Source of the DNA: an uncultured Candidatus Rokubacteria bacterium
GTDB taxonomy: Bacteria; Methylomirabilota; Methylomirabilia; Rokubacteriales; DASRDR01
DNA: 64,000 nucleotides
NCBI GenBank assembly: GCA_963805625.1
Contig: CAWDVE010000018.1
Location: 32,001-96,000, forward strand
Direction: 5' to 3'
Made by a program: the position numbers and the translations under genes. The notes under the pieces are model-generated. The model had not been told where the DNA came from. It worked only from the letters and a program-made list of their open reading frames with translations, and did no database searches. Shown piece after piece: positions 49,015 to 59,841 of the stretch. The first letter of the stretch is position 1. Each line of letters starts with the position of its first letter.

Positions 49015-51042
49015 ATGCGAATCGTCGAGACGCTGCCCCACCGGGTTCGTGAGATCGAGAACGTCTGGATCCCTGCCGGACGCACGGGCCACCGCATGGC
49101 GGCGCGCCTGTGGCTCCCGGAGGGCGCGGAGGATCGCCCGGTGCCGGCGATCCTCACCTACCTGCCGTACCGCAAGCGGGATTCGACCCGCGCGGGCGAC
49201 GATCCGATGCACCGCTACTTCTCCGGGCATGGGTACGCGTGCCTCCGCGTCGACATGCGCGGCTCCGGCGACTCCGACGGGCTGATGGACGACGAGTACG
49301 CGGCGCAGGAGCTCGGCGACGGCAAGAATCTGATCGCGTGGATCGCGGCCCAATCCTGGTGCACCGGCAAGGTCGGCATGATCGGCAGCTCCTGGGGTGG
49401 GTTCAACGCCCTCCAGATCGCGGCCCTCCGCCCCCCCGCACTCGCGGCGATCATCACCAACTGCTCGACCGACGACCGGTACACCGACGACATGCACTAC
49501 ATGGGCGGATGTCTGCTCAACGACACCCTCGACTGGGGCTCGTCCTTCTTCGCCCGCCTGCACCGGCCACCGGATCCGGAGATCTCGGGCCCCGACTGGC
49601 GCCGGAAGTGGCAGGAGCGGCTGGATCAGCTCGCCTTGCCGCTCGCCGTGTGGCTCCGGCACCAGCGGCGCGACCGGTACTGGAAGCACGGCTCGGTCAA
49701 CGAGGACTACGCGGCGATCCAGTGCCCGGTCTTCGCCACCGGCGGGTGGATGGACGGCTACTCGAACGCCATCCCCCGGCTCCTCGCGCACCTCCGGGTG
49801 CCGCGGCTCGGGCTCATCGGCGCGTGGGGTCACAAGTACGGCCACCAGGCCGTCCCGGGACCGGCGATCGGCTACCTGCAGGAGTGCCTTCGCTGGTTCG
49901 ACCATTGGCTCCGGGGCCGGGACACCGGGATCATGCGCGAGCCGATGCTGCGTGCGTTCATGCAGGAGGAGGTGCCGCCCACCGGCGACTATCCGGTCTG
50001 CCCCGGCCGCTGGGTCGCCGAGCCGGTGTGGCCGTCGCCCGCGATACGGCACCAACGGCTTCATCTGAACGCGGGCGGCGCGCTCCGCGCCCGGGCGGGC
50101 CGCGCCGTGACGCTCACCCACCGGTCGGAGCAGACGATCGGCGTCGGCGGCGGCGAGTGGTGTCCTCACGGCGTCGGCGGCTACGGGCCGCAGTGCCCGA
50201 CCGACCAGCGGGAGGACGACGTGCGGAGCCTCGTGTTCGAGACGGAGCCGCTGCGCCGGCCGCTCGAGATCCTGGGTCAGCCAGCGGTTACGCTGGCGCT
50301 CACCGTGGACAAGCCGGTGGCGTTCGTCGCGGTCCGGCTCAACGACGTCTTTCCGGACGGCCACGTGTCACGGGTGACCTTCGGCGTCCTCAACCTCACC
50401 CACCGGGACTCCCACGAGTTCCCGGCGCCCGTGCCGGTGGGGAAACGGCTCCGCGTCCGGGTGCCGCTCAACGACATCGCCTACTCCTTCAAGACCGGGC
50501 ACCGGGTGCGTGTGGCGATCTCGACGACCTACTGGCCGATGGTGTGGCCTGCGCCGGAGCCGGTGACGCTTCGCCTCGCGACTGGTGCGAGCGTGCTCGA
50601 GCTGCCGGTCCGCGCGCGGCGCCCCATCGACGCGAAGGTCCGGTTCGCGCCGCCGGAGCAGGGGCCGCCGATGACCAAAGTCGTGGTCGAGCCGCCCACC
50701 TCGGTCCGCGTCATCGAGCGGGACGTGGTCACAGGAACCGTCACCGTCCGGGCCGAGGAGAACGAAGGGCGGGCCGTCATCATCGACACCGGCGTCGAGA
50801 TCGGCCGCTGGGTCCAGGAGCGCTTGACCGTCACCGAGGGCGATCCCCTGAGCGCCGAGACCGCGATGGGCAGCATCTTCACCTACGCGAAGGGCGACTG
50901 GCGGACCAAGGTGTCCGGCCGCTGCACGCTCCGCGCGACGCGGACCCACTGGCTGCTCTCGGCCGACCTCGACGCCTGGGAGGGCGACGAGAAGATCTTC
51001 AGCCGCCACCTGGAGGTGCCGATCCGGCGCGACCTGATGTGA
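49015..51042 (+). CDS. CocE/NonD family serine hydrolase
   Basis: YLPYRK, VDMRGSGDSDG, GSSWGG, DDRYTDD. Confidence 0.93.
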   Translation: MRIVETLPHRVREIENVWIPAGRTGHRMAARLWLPEGAEDRPVPAILTYLPYRKRDSTRAGDDPMHRYFSGHGYACLRVDMRGSGDSDGLMDDEYAAQELGDGKNLIAWIAAQSWCTGKVGMIGSSWGGFNALQIAALRPPALAAIITNCSTDDRYTDDMHYMGGCLLNDTLDWGSSFFARLHRPPDPEISGPDWRRKWQERLDQLALPLAVWLRHQRRDRYWKHGSVNEDYAAIQCPVFATGGWMDGYSNAIPRLLAHLRVPRLGLIGAWGHKYGHQAVPGPAIGYLQECLRWFDHWLRGRDTGIMREPMLRAFMQEEVPPTGDYPVCPGRWVAEPVWPSPAIRHQRLHLNAGGALRARAGRAVTLTHRSEQTIGVGGGEWCPHGVGGYGPQCPTDQREDDVRSLVFETEPLRRPLEILGQPAVTLALTVDKPVAFVAVRLNDVFPDGHVSRVTFGVLNLTHRDSHEFPAPVPVGKRLRVRVPLNDIAYSFKTGHRVRVAISTTYWPMVWPAPEPVTLRLATGASVLELPVRARRPIDAKVRFAPPEQGPPMTKVVVEPPTSVRVIERDVVTGTVTVRAEENEGRAVIIDTGVEIGRWVQERLTVTEGDPLSAETAMGSIFTYAKGDWRTKVSGRCTLRATRTHWLLSADLDAWEGDEKIFSRHLEVPIRRDLM

Positions 51043-51245
51043 TGGCCCGGCCGCCGGGGAAGCCCGCTCCCGAGGTGGAGCGTCTCGCCTCGGCCGACGG
51101 AATCCGGGCGTCGGGCGGTCGACGGAACGAAAGGACGGGAACGCGCGACGCGCGGTGACGCGGGGCCGGCGATCCGCGTCCGATCGCGAGGCGGGCGTGA
51201 GGGCTCGGGGGGCAGAGCTCGGAAGGGCCGGGCCCTCCGGCCGGG

Positions 51246-52463
51246 TCAGGCCATGCCGGTCATGCCGCCGCCGTTGCCACCTCCGGTCCGTCGGGGACCC
51301 TCGAGCTCGCCCAGGCTCTCCAGCACCCACTGGTTGAACTGATGGCACCCGCTCTCCTGCGGGACGAAGTTGCCGTGCGCCAGCGGCCGGGCGTGGAGCC
51401 CCTCCTGCTGCCACTCGCAGTTCCGGGCGTCCTGGCGGTTCGTCAGGTCCCAGAGAGCGACGTAGTGGTCGAGGTCGAACTCCGGGCGCTTCATGCTCTC
51501 CGGCTCGAACAGCCAGTCGTAGATCATGCGGACGCTCTCGGGCCCCGTCGCCAGCATCTGATGCGAGTTGACGTAGTCCGGGTGCACGTTGAGGAAGAAG
51601 TTCGGCCGCAAGGTCTGCGACTGGTAGAGGTTGGTCCGCTCCTCGGCCGACAGCCCCTTGAACGGCGGGATGCGCGCCGTCCCATCCATCGTGAGCGTTG
51701 CCGCGCCGGGCTTGTAGCGGGGCCGCGCCGAGGCGAGCGGATTGCCGGCCTCGTCCGTGCGGAGACCCCAGGCGCCGGCGTCCCAGAAGAGGGTGGCGAT
51801 CTCGCAGAGCTCGGGATGCACGGGGGGACAGTGGAAGCACTCCGAGAAATTCTCGAAGAGGAGCTTCCAGTTGGCCTTGACGTCCATGACGATCCGCTTC
51901 CCGATCCGGAGGTCCGAGAAGCCGTAGTTCTTGAACCGCTCCGGCACGTCGCCGAGGGCGTCGCCGAGGGGCGCGGCCTGGTCGCCGGCCAGGTTGACGA
52001 AGATGAAGCCGCCCCAGGTGCCGATGGCTACCTGGAAGAGGGGGTAGTCCGCCCGGTCGAAGCCTGCGGTCTCCATCTGGCGCGGGGTGCCGACGAGCCG
52101 CCCGTCCAGGCTGTAGGTCCAGGTGTGGTAGGGGCACACGAGGCTTCGGCCGGGAAGCCGGCCCTGCTCCTCGGTGCAGAGGATCGAGCCGCGATGGCGG
52201 CACGTGTTGTGGAAGGCGCGGAGCTGGCCGTCGAGATCTCGGAGGATGACGATGCTCTGGGTGCCGATCTTGATGACCTTGTAGTCCCGGGGCGCGGGCA
52301 CTTCCTCTTCACGCCCGGCCATGACCCACATGCCGTACCAGAAGACCTCGAGCTCCCGCTCGTAGTGCTGGGGGTCGTAGTAGTAGCGCGCGGGGATGCT
52401 GGGCTCGAGCTGGTCGAGCGCCACCCGCCGCACGTGATACGTGGATGCCTGCGACCCCTGCAT
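51246..52463 (-). CDS. Rieske non-heme iron oxygenase alpha subunit (betaine/choline N-demethylase-like)
   Basis: CRHRG...CPYH, NWKLLFENFSECFHCPPVHPEL. Confidence 0.92.
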   Translation of the reverse strand: MQGSQASTYHVRRVALDQLEPSIPARYYYDPQHYERELEVFWYGMWVMAGREEEVPAPRDYKVIKIGTQSIVILRDLDGQLRAFHNTCRHRGSILCTEEQGRLPGRSLVCPYHTWTYSLDGRLVGTPRQMETAGFDRADYPLFQVAIGTWGGFIFVNLAGDQAAPLGDALGDVPERFKNYGFSDLRIGKRIVMDVKANWKLLFENFSECFHCPPVHPELCEIATLFWDAGAWGLRTDEAGNPLASARPRYKPGAATLTMDGTARIPPFKGLSAEERTNLYQSQTLRPNFFLNVHPDYVNSHQMLATGPESVRMIYDWLFEPESMKRPEFDLDHYVALWDLTNRQDARNCEWQQEGLHARPLAHGNFVPQESGCHQFNQWVLESLGELEGPRRTGGGNGGGMTGMA

Positions 52464-52708
52464 ACGTCCTCCTTGTCGGTTCTCCCGGCGATCCCGCGGC
52501 AGCCCCGAGGCGCCGAGGCGGACCGGCCTGACAACCTCCTATTGTACGCGCCCGGCGCCCGCTTTCGCGCCTCTCCCACGCGGCCCCGCCGGGCACGCCG
52601 AACGGCGCGGAGGCCGGTGGCGGCTGGTGCCGGCCTGAGGGGTGGGGTATCGTCGGCGATCGGGGGCGAAGCGCCCCGAACATCCACTCGGCGGGGGGGC
52701 GACTGGCC

Positions 52709-53719
52709 ATGTCAGAGCGTGCGCCGCAGGACTGGGAGGTATCCCCGCGCGCGACCGAGCTGCATCGCTCGGCGCTCGTGTGGGACGATCATGGCGGCTT
52801 CGCGTACAGCACGGCCTCGGCGCTGAAGGACCTCCAGCGCTGGCGCGCCTCGGGCATCGACTACCTGTCCATCAACGTCGGCTACGACGTGACACCGTGG
52901 ACCCTGGCGGTCGAGGCCGTGTCGCAGGACCGGCACTGGATCCGGGCACACCCCGAGGACTTCGTGCAGGTGAAGGGCGTGGACGACGTCCACCGCGCCA
53001 AGCGCGAGGGCAAGCTGGCCGTGTCCTTCGATCTGGAGGGCATGGACGCCCTGAACGGGGACGTCGGCATGGTCGACGTCTACTACCGGCTGGGCGTGCG
53101 ACAGATGCTGTTCGCCTACAACCGGAACAACAAGGCGGGCGGTGGCTGCCATGACGAGGACATCGGGCTCACGCCGTTCGGGCGCGACGTCATCCGCGAG
53201 ATGAACCGCGTGGGCATGCTCGTGGACTGCTCCCACTCCGGGCACCGGACCACGATGGAGGCGATGGAGGCGTCGGCGGCGCCGGTCATCTTCTCGCACT
53301 CGAATGCGCGCCGCCTGTGCGACCACGAGCGCAACATCAAGGACGATCAGATCAAGGGATGCGCGGCCACCGGCGGCGTGATCGCGGTCACGGGGGTCGG
53401 GCGCTTCCTCGGTCCTCGCGGGCCGGTGGTCGACCACCTGGTCGAGCACATCGACTACATGGTGGAGCTCGTCGGCCCGGAGCACGTCGGCCTCGGCATG
53501 GACAGCGTGCTGCAGCAGAAGCCGCCGGGGGCGCCGTTCCGGGGCAGCCGGGCGTACTGGCCGGAATCCCAGTACCCGGACAGCGGCTCCGGCTATGTCG
53601 ATCCCGAGGCCTGGCCGCGCATCACCCAGGCCCTCCTCGACCGCGGTTACGGGGAGGCCGCCGTCCGTGGGATCCTGGGGAAGAACTTCCTCCGCGTCGC
53701 CGAGCGCGCGTGGAAGTGA
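52709..53719 (+). CDS. Membrane dipeptidase (M19) family protein
   Basis: WDDH, LEG, DCSH, FSHSN, HERNIKD, HVGLGMD. Confidence 0.92.
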   Translation: MSERAPQDWEVSPRATELHRSALVWDDHGGFAYSTASALKDLQRWRASGIDYLSINVGYDVTPWTLAVEAVSQDRHWIRAHPEDFVQVKGVDDVHRAKREGKLAVSFDLEGMDALNGDVGMVDVYYRLGVRQMLFAYNRNNKAGGGCHDEDIGLTPFGRDVIREMNRVGMLVDCSHSGHRTTMEAMEASAAPVIFSHSNARRLCDHERNIKDDQIKGCAATGGVIAVTGVGRFLGPRGPVVDHLVEHIDYMVELVGPEHVGLGMDSVLQQKPPGAPFRGSRAYWPESQYPDSGSGYVDPEAWPRITQALLDRGYGEAAVRGILGKNFLRVAERAWK

Positions 53720-53733
53720 TCCCCACGTCCTGA

Positions 53734-54459
53734 CGCTACCCGGAGCAAGCCGAAGCGCGCCCCACCCACGCGAGCGCCGAGGCCGGCGCCATCGGGGAGG
53801 GCTGCCTCCGCCGCGACGCCCCAGACGACGTCCACGTCCTGCGCGATCGGCTGGCTGTCGTCCAGCCCGGGCCAAGCGCGGGGCGACTCCCGGGCGAGGC
53901 CCTCCTCATCTCGTCCCTTCGCCTGATCGGGCCGTTCGTGTTCCTGAACGTCTGGCTCGGCGACCAGGCGCAACTGAGCGATCGGCGATGCGGCTGCCCG
54001 CTGGAGACAATCGGATGGACAACGCACCTCCGCTCGATCCGCAGCGAGGAGAAGCTCACCGCGTGGGGCATGTCGCTGCTCGATAGCGACATCGTCCAGG
54101 TGCTCGAGGAGACGCTGCCGGCGCGCTTCGGCGGAGGGCCGACGCACTACCAGCTGGTCGAAGACGCAACGGAGGACGACCTTCCGCGACTGCGGCTCCT
54201 GATTCACCCTGAAGTGGGGCCGGTGGACCCCGCGCAGGTGACCGCCGCATTCCTCGAGGCCATCGCGCCCGGGAGCGGTGCAGAGCGGGTCGCCCGGCTC
54301 GTGTGGGATCAGGCGGAAGCGGTCCACGTGGAGCGACGCCCGCCGCTAGTGGGAGCGAGCGGGAAGATCCACCACATCCATCCCGCTGCGGCCGGCGGCG
54401 CACCCTCGGCCAACCGCTGCCGCGTCGCGGCGGACCTCGGGAGGCGACCGATCGGGTGA
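53734..54459 (+). pseudogene. 5'-truncated phenylacetate-CoA-ligase-like (AMP-binding) protein
   Basis: Open from an in-frame stop at 53731: AEAGAIGEGC...DDVHV...LNVWLGD...RRCGC...IRSEEKLT; N-terminal half absent. Confidence 0.6.
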
Positions 54460-55388
54460 TGAGATATCAACGCTTCGCCCCGCTCGGCCGAGACCTGTCC
54501 CGGCTTGTCCTCGGCACGGCCGTCTACGAACACGCCCCGCTCGACGTGGCTCTCGACCTCCTCGACGCCTTCCGCGACCTCGGCGGCAACGTGGTCGACA
54601 CAGGACGCGAGTACGGCAACGCGGAGCCCATCCTCGGTCGCTGGCTGCGCGAGCGCGACCTGGTCGACGAGATCGTCGTCCTCACCAAGGGCGCCCACTA
54701 CGACAAGGACACCGGCCGGAGTCGCGTCAACCCAAGGGAGATCACACAGGATCTCGAAGAGAGCCTCAAGGCGCTCGGGCGGACATCCATCGACATCTAC
54801 TGCCTGCACCGGGACGATCCGAGCGCCCCCGTGGGGGCCATCCTCGAGAGCCTCAGCCAGCACCAGCGCTCGGGGCGCATCCGTGTCGTCGGCGCCTCCA
54901 ACTGGACGGTCGCGCGCCTCGAGGAAGCCGCCCGTCATGCCGCTCGGCACGGGCTCGATGGGTTCGCCTGCTCGAGCCCGGGCCTGAGCCTCGCCGCCCC
55001 CAAGGAACAGCCATGGCCCGGCTGTGTCACGATCCACGAGCCCGCGATCCGCGCGTGGTACGCGCAGCGCCAGCTCCCGGTCTTCGCGTGGGCGTCGCTC
55101 GCCGGCGGCTTCTTTGCCGGTGTCCAGGGCGCCGACGTCGCGCGCGTGTACGAGAACGCCGATAATCGCGAGCGCCTCCTGCGGGCGCGAGCGCTCGGCT
55201 ACCGTAAGGGGGCCACACCCGGCCAGATAGCGCTCGCCTGGGTCCTCCACCAGCCCTTTCCCATCTACGCCCTCATCGGGCCGAGGAGTGTCGCGGAGCT
55301 TCGTGAGAGCGTCGCCGCGCTCGACCTCGACCTGACGCCGGCAGAGTGGCGCTGGCTCGACCTGGAGCAGGACACCGAGGGAGGCTAG
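54459..55388 (+). CDS. Aldo/keto reductase
   Basis: LVLGT, DTGREYG, TKG, IDIYCLHRDD, GASNW, QIALAW. Confidence 0.93.
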   Translation: MRYQRFAPLGRDLSRLVLGTAVYEHAPLDVALDLLDAFRDLGGNVVDTGREYGNAEPILGRWLRERDLVDEIVVLTKGAHYDKDTGRSRVNPREITQDLEESLKALGRTSIDIYCLHRDDPSAPVGAILESLSQHQRSGRIRVVGASNWTVARLEEAARHAARHGLDGFACSSPGLSLAAPKEQPWPGCVTIHEPAIRAWYAQRQLPVFAWASLAGGFFAGVQGADVARVYENADNRERLLRARALGYRKGATPGQIALAWVLHQPFPIYALIGPRSVAELRESVAALDLDLTPAEWRWLDLEQDTEGG

Positions 55389-55659
55389 CCTGCGCGGAGT
55401 CGCGGCGGCCGAGCCGCCGAGGCGCGAGAAGTGCTGGTCCGCCCGTCCTTCCACCTTGGAAGTGGAGGTACGCGCCACCGAGGGAGCGCCCTTCCGCGCG
55501 TGCGCGATGCGCACCGCGCCAAGTCGCACACCCCGAGGGCGCGGCCTCCGCACTCCACGGCCGGTCTGCCGGAAGTCGATGCCTCGTCGCAGATCGGAAG
55601 CTCCCGCGCTGCGGGGTGCGGAGCCCGACGGGCCGGCCCCCGCCGCCGGCCGGCGCGGA

Positions 55660-55884
55660 TCAGCCCTCGTACTTGAAGGAGACCTGCACCCGCGCGCGAT
55701 AGGCGACGATCCTCCCGTTGTCGATCTTCACGTCGAGCTTCTGGACCTCCGCGATCCGGAGGTCCCGGAGTGACCGCGTCGCCGTCTCTACCGCGTTCTG
55801 GGTGGCCTCCTCCCACGAGCGCTTGCTGGTCCCGATGATGTCGATGACCCGGTACACGCCTTCGCCGGATGCCTTCTTCGCCAT
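55660..55884 (-). CDS. Dodecin family protein
   Basis: VYRVIDIIGTS..SWEEA...YRARVQVSFKYE; GGAGG RBS. Confidence 0.92.
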   Translation of the reverse strand: MAKKASGEGVYRVIDIIGTSKRSWEEATQNAVETATRSLRDLRIAEVQKLDVKIDNGRIVAYRARVQVSFKYEG

Positions 55885-56028
55885 CGTTCGTCCTCCCGTC
55901 GCCACGAGGCCCTGTGTGAAGATCGCACGTCTCTCCGATCGGTAGCATAGCCCCGGAGCCGATCCGCAGTGAGGCGCGATCTCGGCGGAGTGGGTCCGAG
56001 GCGCGCCGCCGGTCACCGGACAAGCCGG

Positions 56029-56034
56029 TATAAT
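56029..56034 (+). promoter_or_regulatory. -10 box TATAAT, 8 nt before the CocE start (likely leaderless)
   Basis: Perfect TATAAT with no SD before GTG 56043; conserved in the copy at 47781. Confidence 0.6.
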
Positions 56035-56042
56035 CCGACGCC

Positions 56043-58058
56043 GTGACCATCGTGGCGACGTTCCCGCGGGCGATCCAGCGGCTCGACCCGGTCTGGATCC
56101 GGCTCAGGGACGGGACGCGCCTGGCGGCGCGCGTCTGGCTCCCCGTCGACGCCGAGGCGAGCCCCGTGCCCGCCATCCTCGAGTACCTCCCCTATCGTCG
56201 GCGTGACTTCACCGCGCAGCGGGACGCGCTGACTCACCCCTACGTCGCCGGGCACGGTTACGCCTGCGTCCGCGTGGACATGCGCGGCAGCGGCGACTCG
56301 GACGGTGTCCTCACCGACGAGTACCTCCCGCTCGAGCAGGACGACGCGGTGGAGGTCATCGCCTGGCTCGCCGCCCAGCCGTGGTGCACCGGGGCGGTGG
56401 GCATGATGGGCAACTCCTGGGGCGGGTTCAACGCGCTCCAGGTCGCCGCCCGCCGGCCCCCGGCGCTCCGGGCGATCATCACCTCCTGCTCCACGGACGA
56501 CCGCTACGCCGACGACATCCACTACATGGGCGGGTGCCTCCTCACGGACAACCTGCGCTGGGCGTCGACCATGTTCGCCCACAACTCTCGCCCGCCGGAC
56601 CCGGCGGTCGTCGGCGCGCGCTGGCGAACGATGTGGCTCGAGCGCCTCCGCGGGAGCGGCCTCTGGGTCGACACGTGGCTCCGCCACCAGCGGCGCGATG
56701 CCTTCTGGCGCCAAGGCTCGGTGTGCGAGGACTTCGCCGCGATCCAGTGCCCGGTCCTCGCGGTGGGCGGCTGGCTGGACGGCTATTCCAACGCGATCCC
56801 GCGCCTGATGCAGGGGCTCGGCGTGCGGCGCCACGGCCTCATTGGCCAGTGGGCGCACCGCTACCCCCACATGGCCCTGCCCGGGCCAGCGGTGGGCTTC
56901 CTCCAGCTCGCCCTCCGCTGGTGGGACACCTGGCTCAAGGGCGTGGCTCCCAGGGACCCCGACGGGCCCCTGCTCCGCGTCTTCATGCCGGAGAGCGTCC
57001 CCCCCGCGGCCATGTACTCGACCCGACCCGGTCGCTGGGTCGCGGAGGGCGCCTGGCCCTCGCCCCGCATCACCCCGCGGCGGTACGTCCTTCACCGGGC
57101 TCGCCTCGCGCCTGAGCCCGGACCCGAGGTGCCGCTGTCGCTCCGCTCGCCGGAGACGCTCGGGCTCCACGCTGGCCGCTGGTGTCCCTACGGTCTCACG
57201 CCCGATCTCCCGCTGGACCAGCGGCTCGAGGACGGCGGGGCGCTCACCTTCGACACCGATCCGCTCCCCGAACGGCTCGAGATCCTGGGCCCGCCGGTGG
57301 CCGACCTCGAGGTGGCGGTGAACCGGCCGGTGGCGCTGGTCGCCGCGCGCCTCTCCGATGTCGCCCCCGACGGCGCGGCCACGCGCGTCAGCTACGGCCT
57401 CCTCAACCTCACCCACCGGGAGAGCCACGAGCACCCGACGGCGCTCGAGCCGGGGCGCCGCTACCGGGTGCGCCTCCAGCTCAACGACGTCGCGCAGGCC
57501 TTCCCGGCGGGGCACCGCATCCGCCTCGCGCTCTCGACCGCCTACTGGCCGACCGTCTGGCCGGCGCCCGAGCCGGTCACGCTGACGCTCTACACCGGCG
57601 CCAGCGCCCTCACTCTCCCGGTGCGGCCCCCCGATCCGGCGGACGCTGCGCTCCCTCCGCTACCGCCCGTCGAGACCGCGCCCCCACTCCCGGTCACGGC
57701 ATACGAGCCGTCGCGCTCCGAGCGTGTCGTCCACCACAACGTCACGACCGGCGAGGTGACGCTCGACTGGACCCAGGACAGCGGCCCCCACCGGTATGAC
57801 GACATCGACCTCACGGTGCACACGCTGACCGCTGACCGTTTCACGATCCGACCCGAGGATCCCCTGTCCGCGTGCGTGGAGATCGCCTGGACGGTCCGGC
57901 TCGCCCGCGGGAGCTGGGGTGTGGAGACGCGGACCCGGACACGGCTCACGGCAACCCGGAACACCTTCGAGCTCTTCGCGAGCCTCGAGGCGTTCGAGGG
58001 AGACACGCCGGTCCACGAGCAGCACTGGGAGCGGTCGATCCCACGCGATCTGGTCTGA
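56043..58058 (+). CDS. CocE/NonD family serine hydrolase (paralog of 49015)
   Basis: EYLPYRR, VDMRGSGDSDG, GNSWGG, DDRYADD. Confidence 0.93.
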   Translation: MTIVATFPRAIQRLDPVWIRLRDGTRLAARVWLPVDAEASPVPAILEYLPYRRRDFTAQRDALTHPYVAGHGYACVRVDMRGSGDSDGVLTDEYLPLEQDDAVEVIAWLAAQPWCTGAVGMMGNSWGGFNALQVAARRPPALRAIITSCSTDDRYADDIHYMGGCLLTDNLRWASTMFAHNSRPPDPAVVGARWRTMWLERLRGSGLWVDTWLRHQRRDAFWRQGSVCEDFAAIQCPVLAVGGWLDGYSNAIPRLMQGLGVRRHGLIGQWAHRYPHMALPGPAVGFLQLALRWWDTWLKGVAPRDPDGPLLRVFMPESVPPAAMYSTRPGRWVAEGAWPSPRITPRRYVLHRARLAPEPGPEVPLSLRSPETLGLHAGRWCPYGLTPDLPLDQRLEDGGALTFDTDPLPERLEILGPPVADLEVAVNRPVALVAARLSDVAPDGAATRVSYGLLNLTHRESHEHPTALEPGRRYRVRLQLNDVAQAFPAGHRIRLALSTAYWPTVWPAPEPVTLTLYTGASALTLPVRPPDPADAALPPLPPVETAPPLPVTAYEPSRSERVVHHNVTTGEVTLDWTQDSGPHRYDDIDLTVHTLTADRFTIRPEDPLSACVEIAWTVRLARGSWGVETRTRTRLTATRNTFELFASLEAFEGDTPVHEQHWERSIPRDLV

Positions 58059-58163
58059 TGGACGGACGGCCGCGTCGGCCGGGCCGCGGCTCGCGAAGCC
58101 CGCGCGCGTCCGGGCCTTGCGAGCCTCGCGCACCCGCCCTATGATCCCCGCGCGAGGCGCTTC

Positions 58164-59810
58164 GTGACAAACCCCGTGGTGGATTCCAAATCCGTGACCG
58201 GAAAGACCCCCGCGCCCGAGCGGCACGTGCCGCTCATCGTGGTCGGTGGCGGCCCGGCGGGCGTCGCGGCGGCGACGGCAGCGGCCCGGGCCGGGGTGCG
58301 CGTGCTACTCCTCGACGAGCATCCGCTCGATCCCGAGCTGATGGCGATGGACGTGCCGCTCTACTTCGGCCAGCGCATGAGTGCCGCCGTCCGGGACCGG
58401 GGCGTCATGCTCGAGCGCGTCGTCCGCGCGAACCCCGCGCTCGAGGAGGCCGTCGAGGCCGGAGTCGAGGTGGAGCTGGGCGTTTCGGTGTGGGGCGCGT
58501 TCCGGCCGGGGCCCACCATGCGCGAGATCGGCGGCGCCTGCGTCGGCGTGGCGGACCAGTCGCGCTCGTGGCTCGTCGGGTACGACCGGCTGGTCGTGGC
58601 GGCGGGGGCGCGGGACCTCGGGCTCGCGTTCCGGGGCTGGGAGAAGGCCGGCACCATGGGGGCCGCCGGCGCCCTTGCGCTCCTCACCCGGTACCAGGCG
58701 TTCGCCGCCCGCCGCATGGTCGTGCTGGGCTCGGGGCCGCTCGGCCTGGCCGTGGCGACCCTCGCGCGAGCGCGCGGTATCGAGGTGCCCGCGGTCGTAG
58801 AGGTGAGCCCGGCGCTCCGCGGGGATCCGAGCGTGCGGGACCGGCTCGAGCGAGAGGGCGTGGGCTTCTACCCGGGCCACGTCGTCGCCGAGGCACTGGG
58901 GAGCCGCGACGAGATCGAGGGGGTCCGTCTCGCCGCGCTCGACGGCGATCTCCGGTTGATCCCGGGACGCGAGACCGACATCGTGTGCGATACGGTGTGC
59001 CTCGCCATCGGGCTCGTGCCCCAGGTCGAGCTCCTCCAGATCCTGGGCTGCCGGCTCGTGTTCCGCTCCGAGCGCGGAGGGTTCGTCCCCGAGATCGACG
59101 TCGAGCAGCGCACGAGCCTGCCCGAGGTCTTCGCCGCCGGTGACGGCGCGGGCGTCGACGAAAGCGCCGTGACGTCGCCTGACCGGGCCGTGGCCGAGGG
59201 CCGCCGCGCGGGTCTCGCCGCGGCGGCCTCGCTCGGGGCCATCCCCCCCGAGCGGGCGCAGGCCCTCCTGCGCGAGACGCAGGGGCCCGCCGAGACGGCC
59301 GCGCCGCGCGTGCACGACTACTGGCGGCAGTGGCTCCGCGCCACGCTCGCGGCCGGCGGAGGGGACATCCTCGCGTGCCAGTGCGAGGAGGTCACACGGG
59401 GCGAGCTGGTCGGCGTCCAGCCCCCCCGCTATCTCGGCCCGCCGTCGGCGCCGATGCGCGCCCGGAGCGTCGGCACCCTGAGCCAGGACGGGCCGCTCCA
59501 CCCCGATCAGGTCAAGCGCCTGACGCGCGCCGGCATGGGCCCGTGTCAGGGCCGCCGCTGCCGGGAGCAGGTGGCGCTCCTGCTCGCGGAGGCGGGCGAC
59601 GTGCCGGTCGATACCATCCCGCTCGCGAGCTACCGGCCGCCCGTCCGGCCACTCCCGCTCTCCGTCCTGTGGCCCCACGACGAGCCGGTGTCGATGCGCG
59701 AGCACTGGGTGAGCTGGTTCGGGATCCCGACCCAGTTCGCGCCGCACTGGGCGGGCGATCCGGACATGACGGTCATGCTCGACGTGCCGGGCGGGATGCC
59801 GGTCGAATGA
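58164..59810 (+). CDS. FAD/NAD oxidoreductase with BFD-like 2Fe-2S domain (opine oxidase A/HcnB-like)
   Basis: GGGPAG, AAGD, CQCEEV, TRAGMGPCQGRRC, RPPVRP. Confidence 0.9.
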   Translation: MTNPVVDSKSVTGKTPAPERHVPLIVVGGGPAGVAAATAAARAGVRVLLLDEHPLDPELMAMDVPLYFGQRMSAAVRDRGVMLERVVRANPALEEAVEAGVEVELGVSVWGAFRPGPTMREIGGACVGVADQSRSWLVGYDRLVVAAGARDLGLAFRGWEKAGTMGAAGALALLTRYQAFAARRMVVLGSGPLGLAVATLARARGIEVPAVVEVSPALRGDPSVRDRLEREGVGFYPGHVVAEALGSRDEIEGVRLAALDGDLRLIPGRETDIVCDTVCLAIGLVPQVELLQILGCRLVFRSERGGFVPEIDVEQRTSLPEVFAAGDGAGVDESAVTSPDRAVAEGRRAGLAAAASLGAIPPERAQALLRETQGPAETAAPRVHDYWRQWLRATLAAGGGDILACQCEEVTRGELVGVQPPRYLGPPSAPMRARSVGTLSQDGPLHPDQVKRLTRAGMGPCQGRRCREQVALLLAEAGDVPVDTIPLASYRPPVRPLPLSVLWPHDEPVSMREHWVSWFGIPTQFAPHWAGDPDMTVMLDVPGGMPVE

Positions 59811-59841
59811 TGAGGCGGCGCGGGCCCGGAGGAAGCGACTC

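Noticed and set aside
55389-55659. Long GC-rich intergenic gap as a possible ncRNA or riboswitch
   Set aside because: It lies between convergent genes and shows no recognisable motif.
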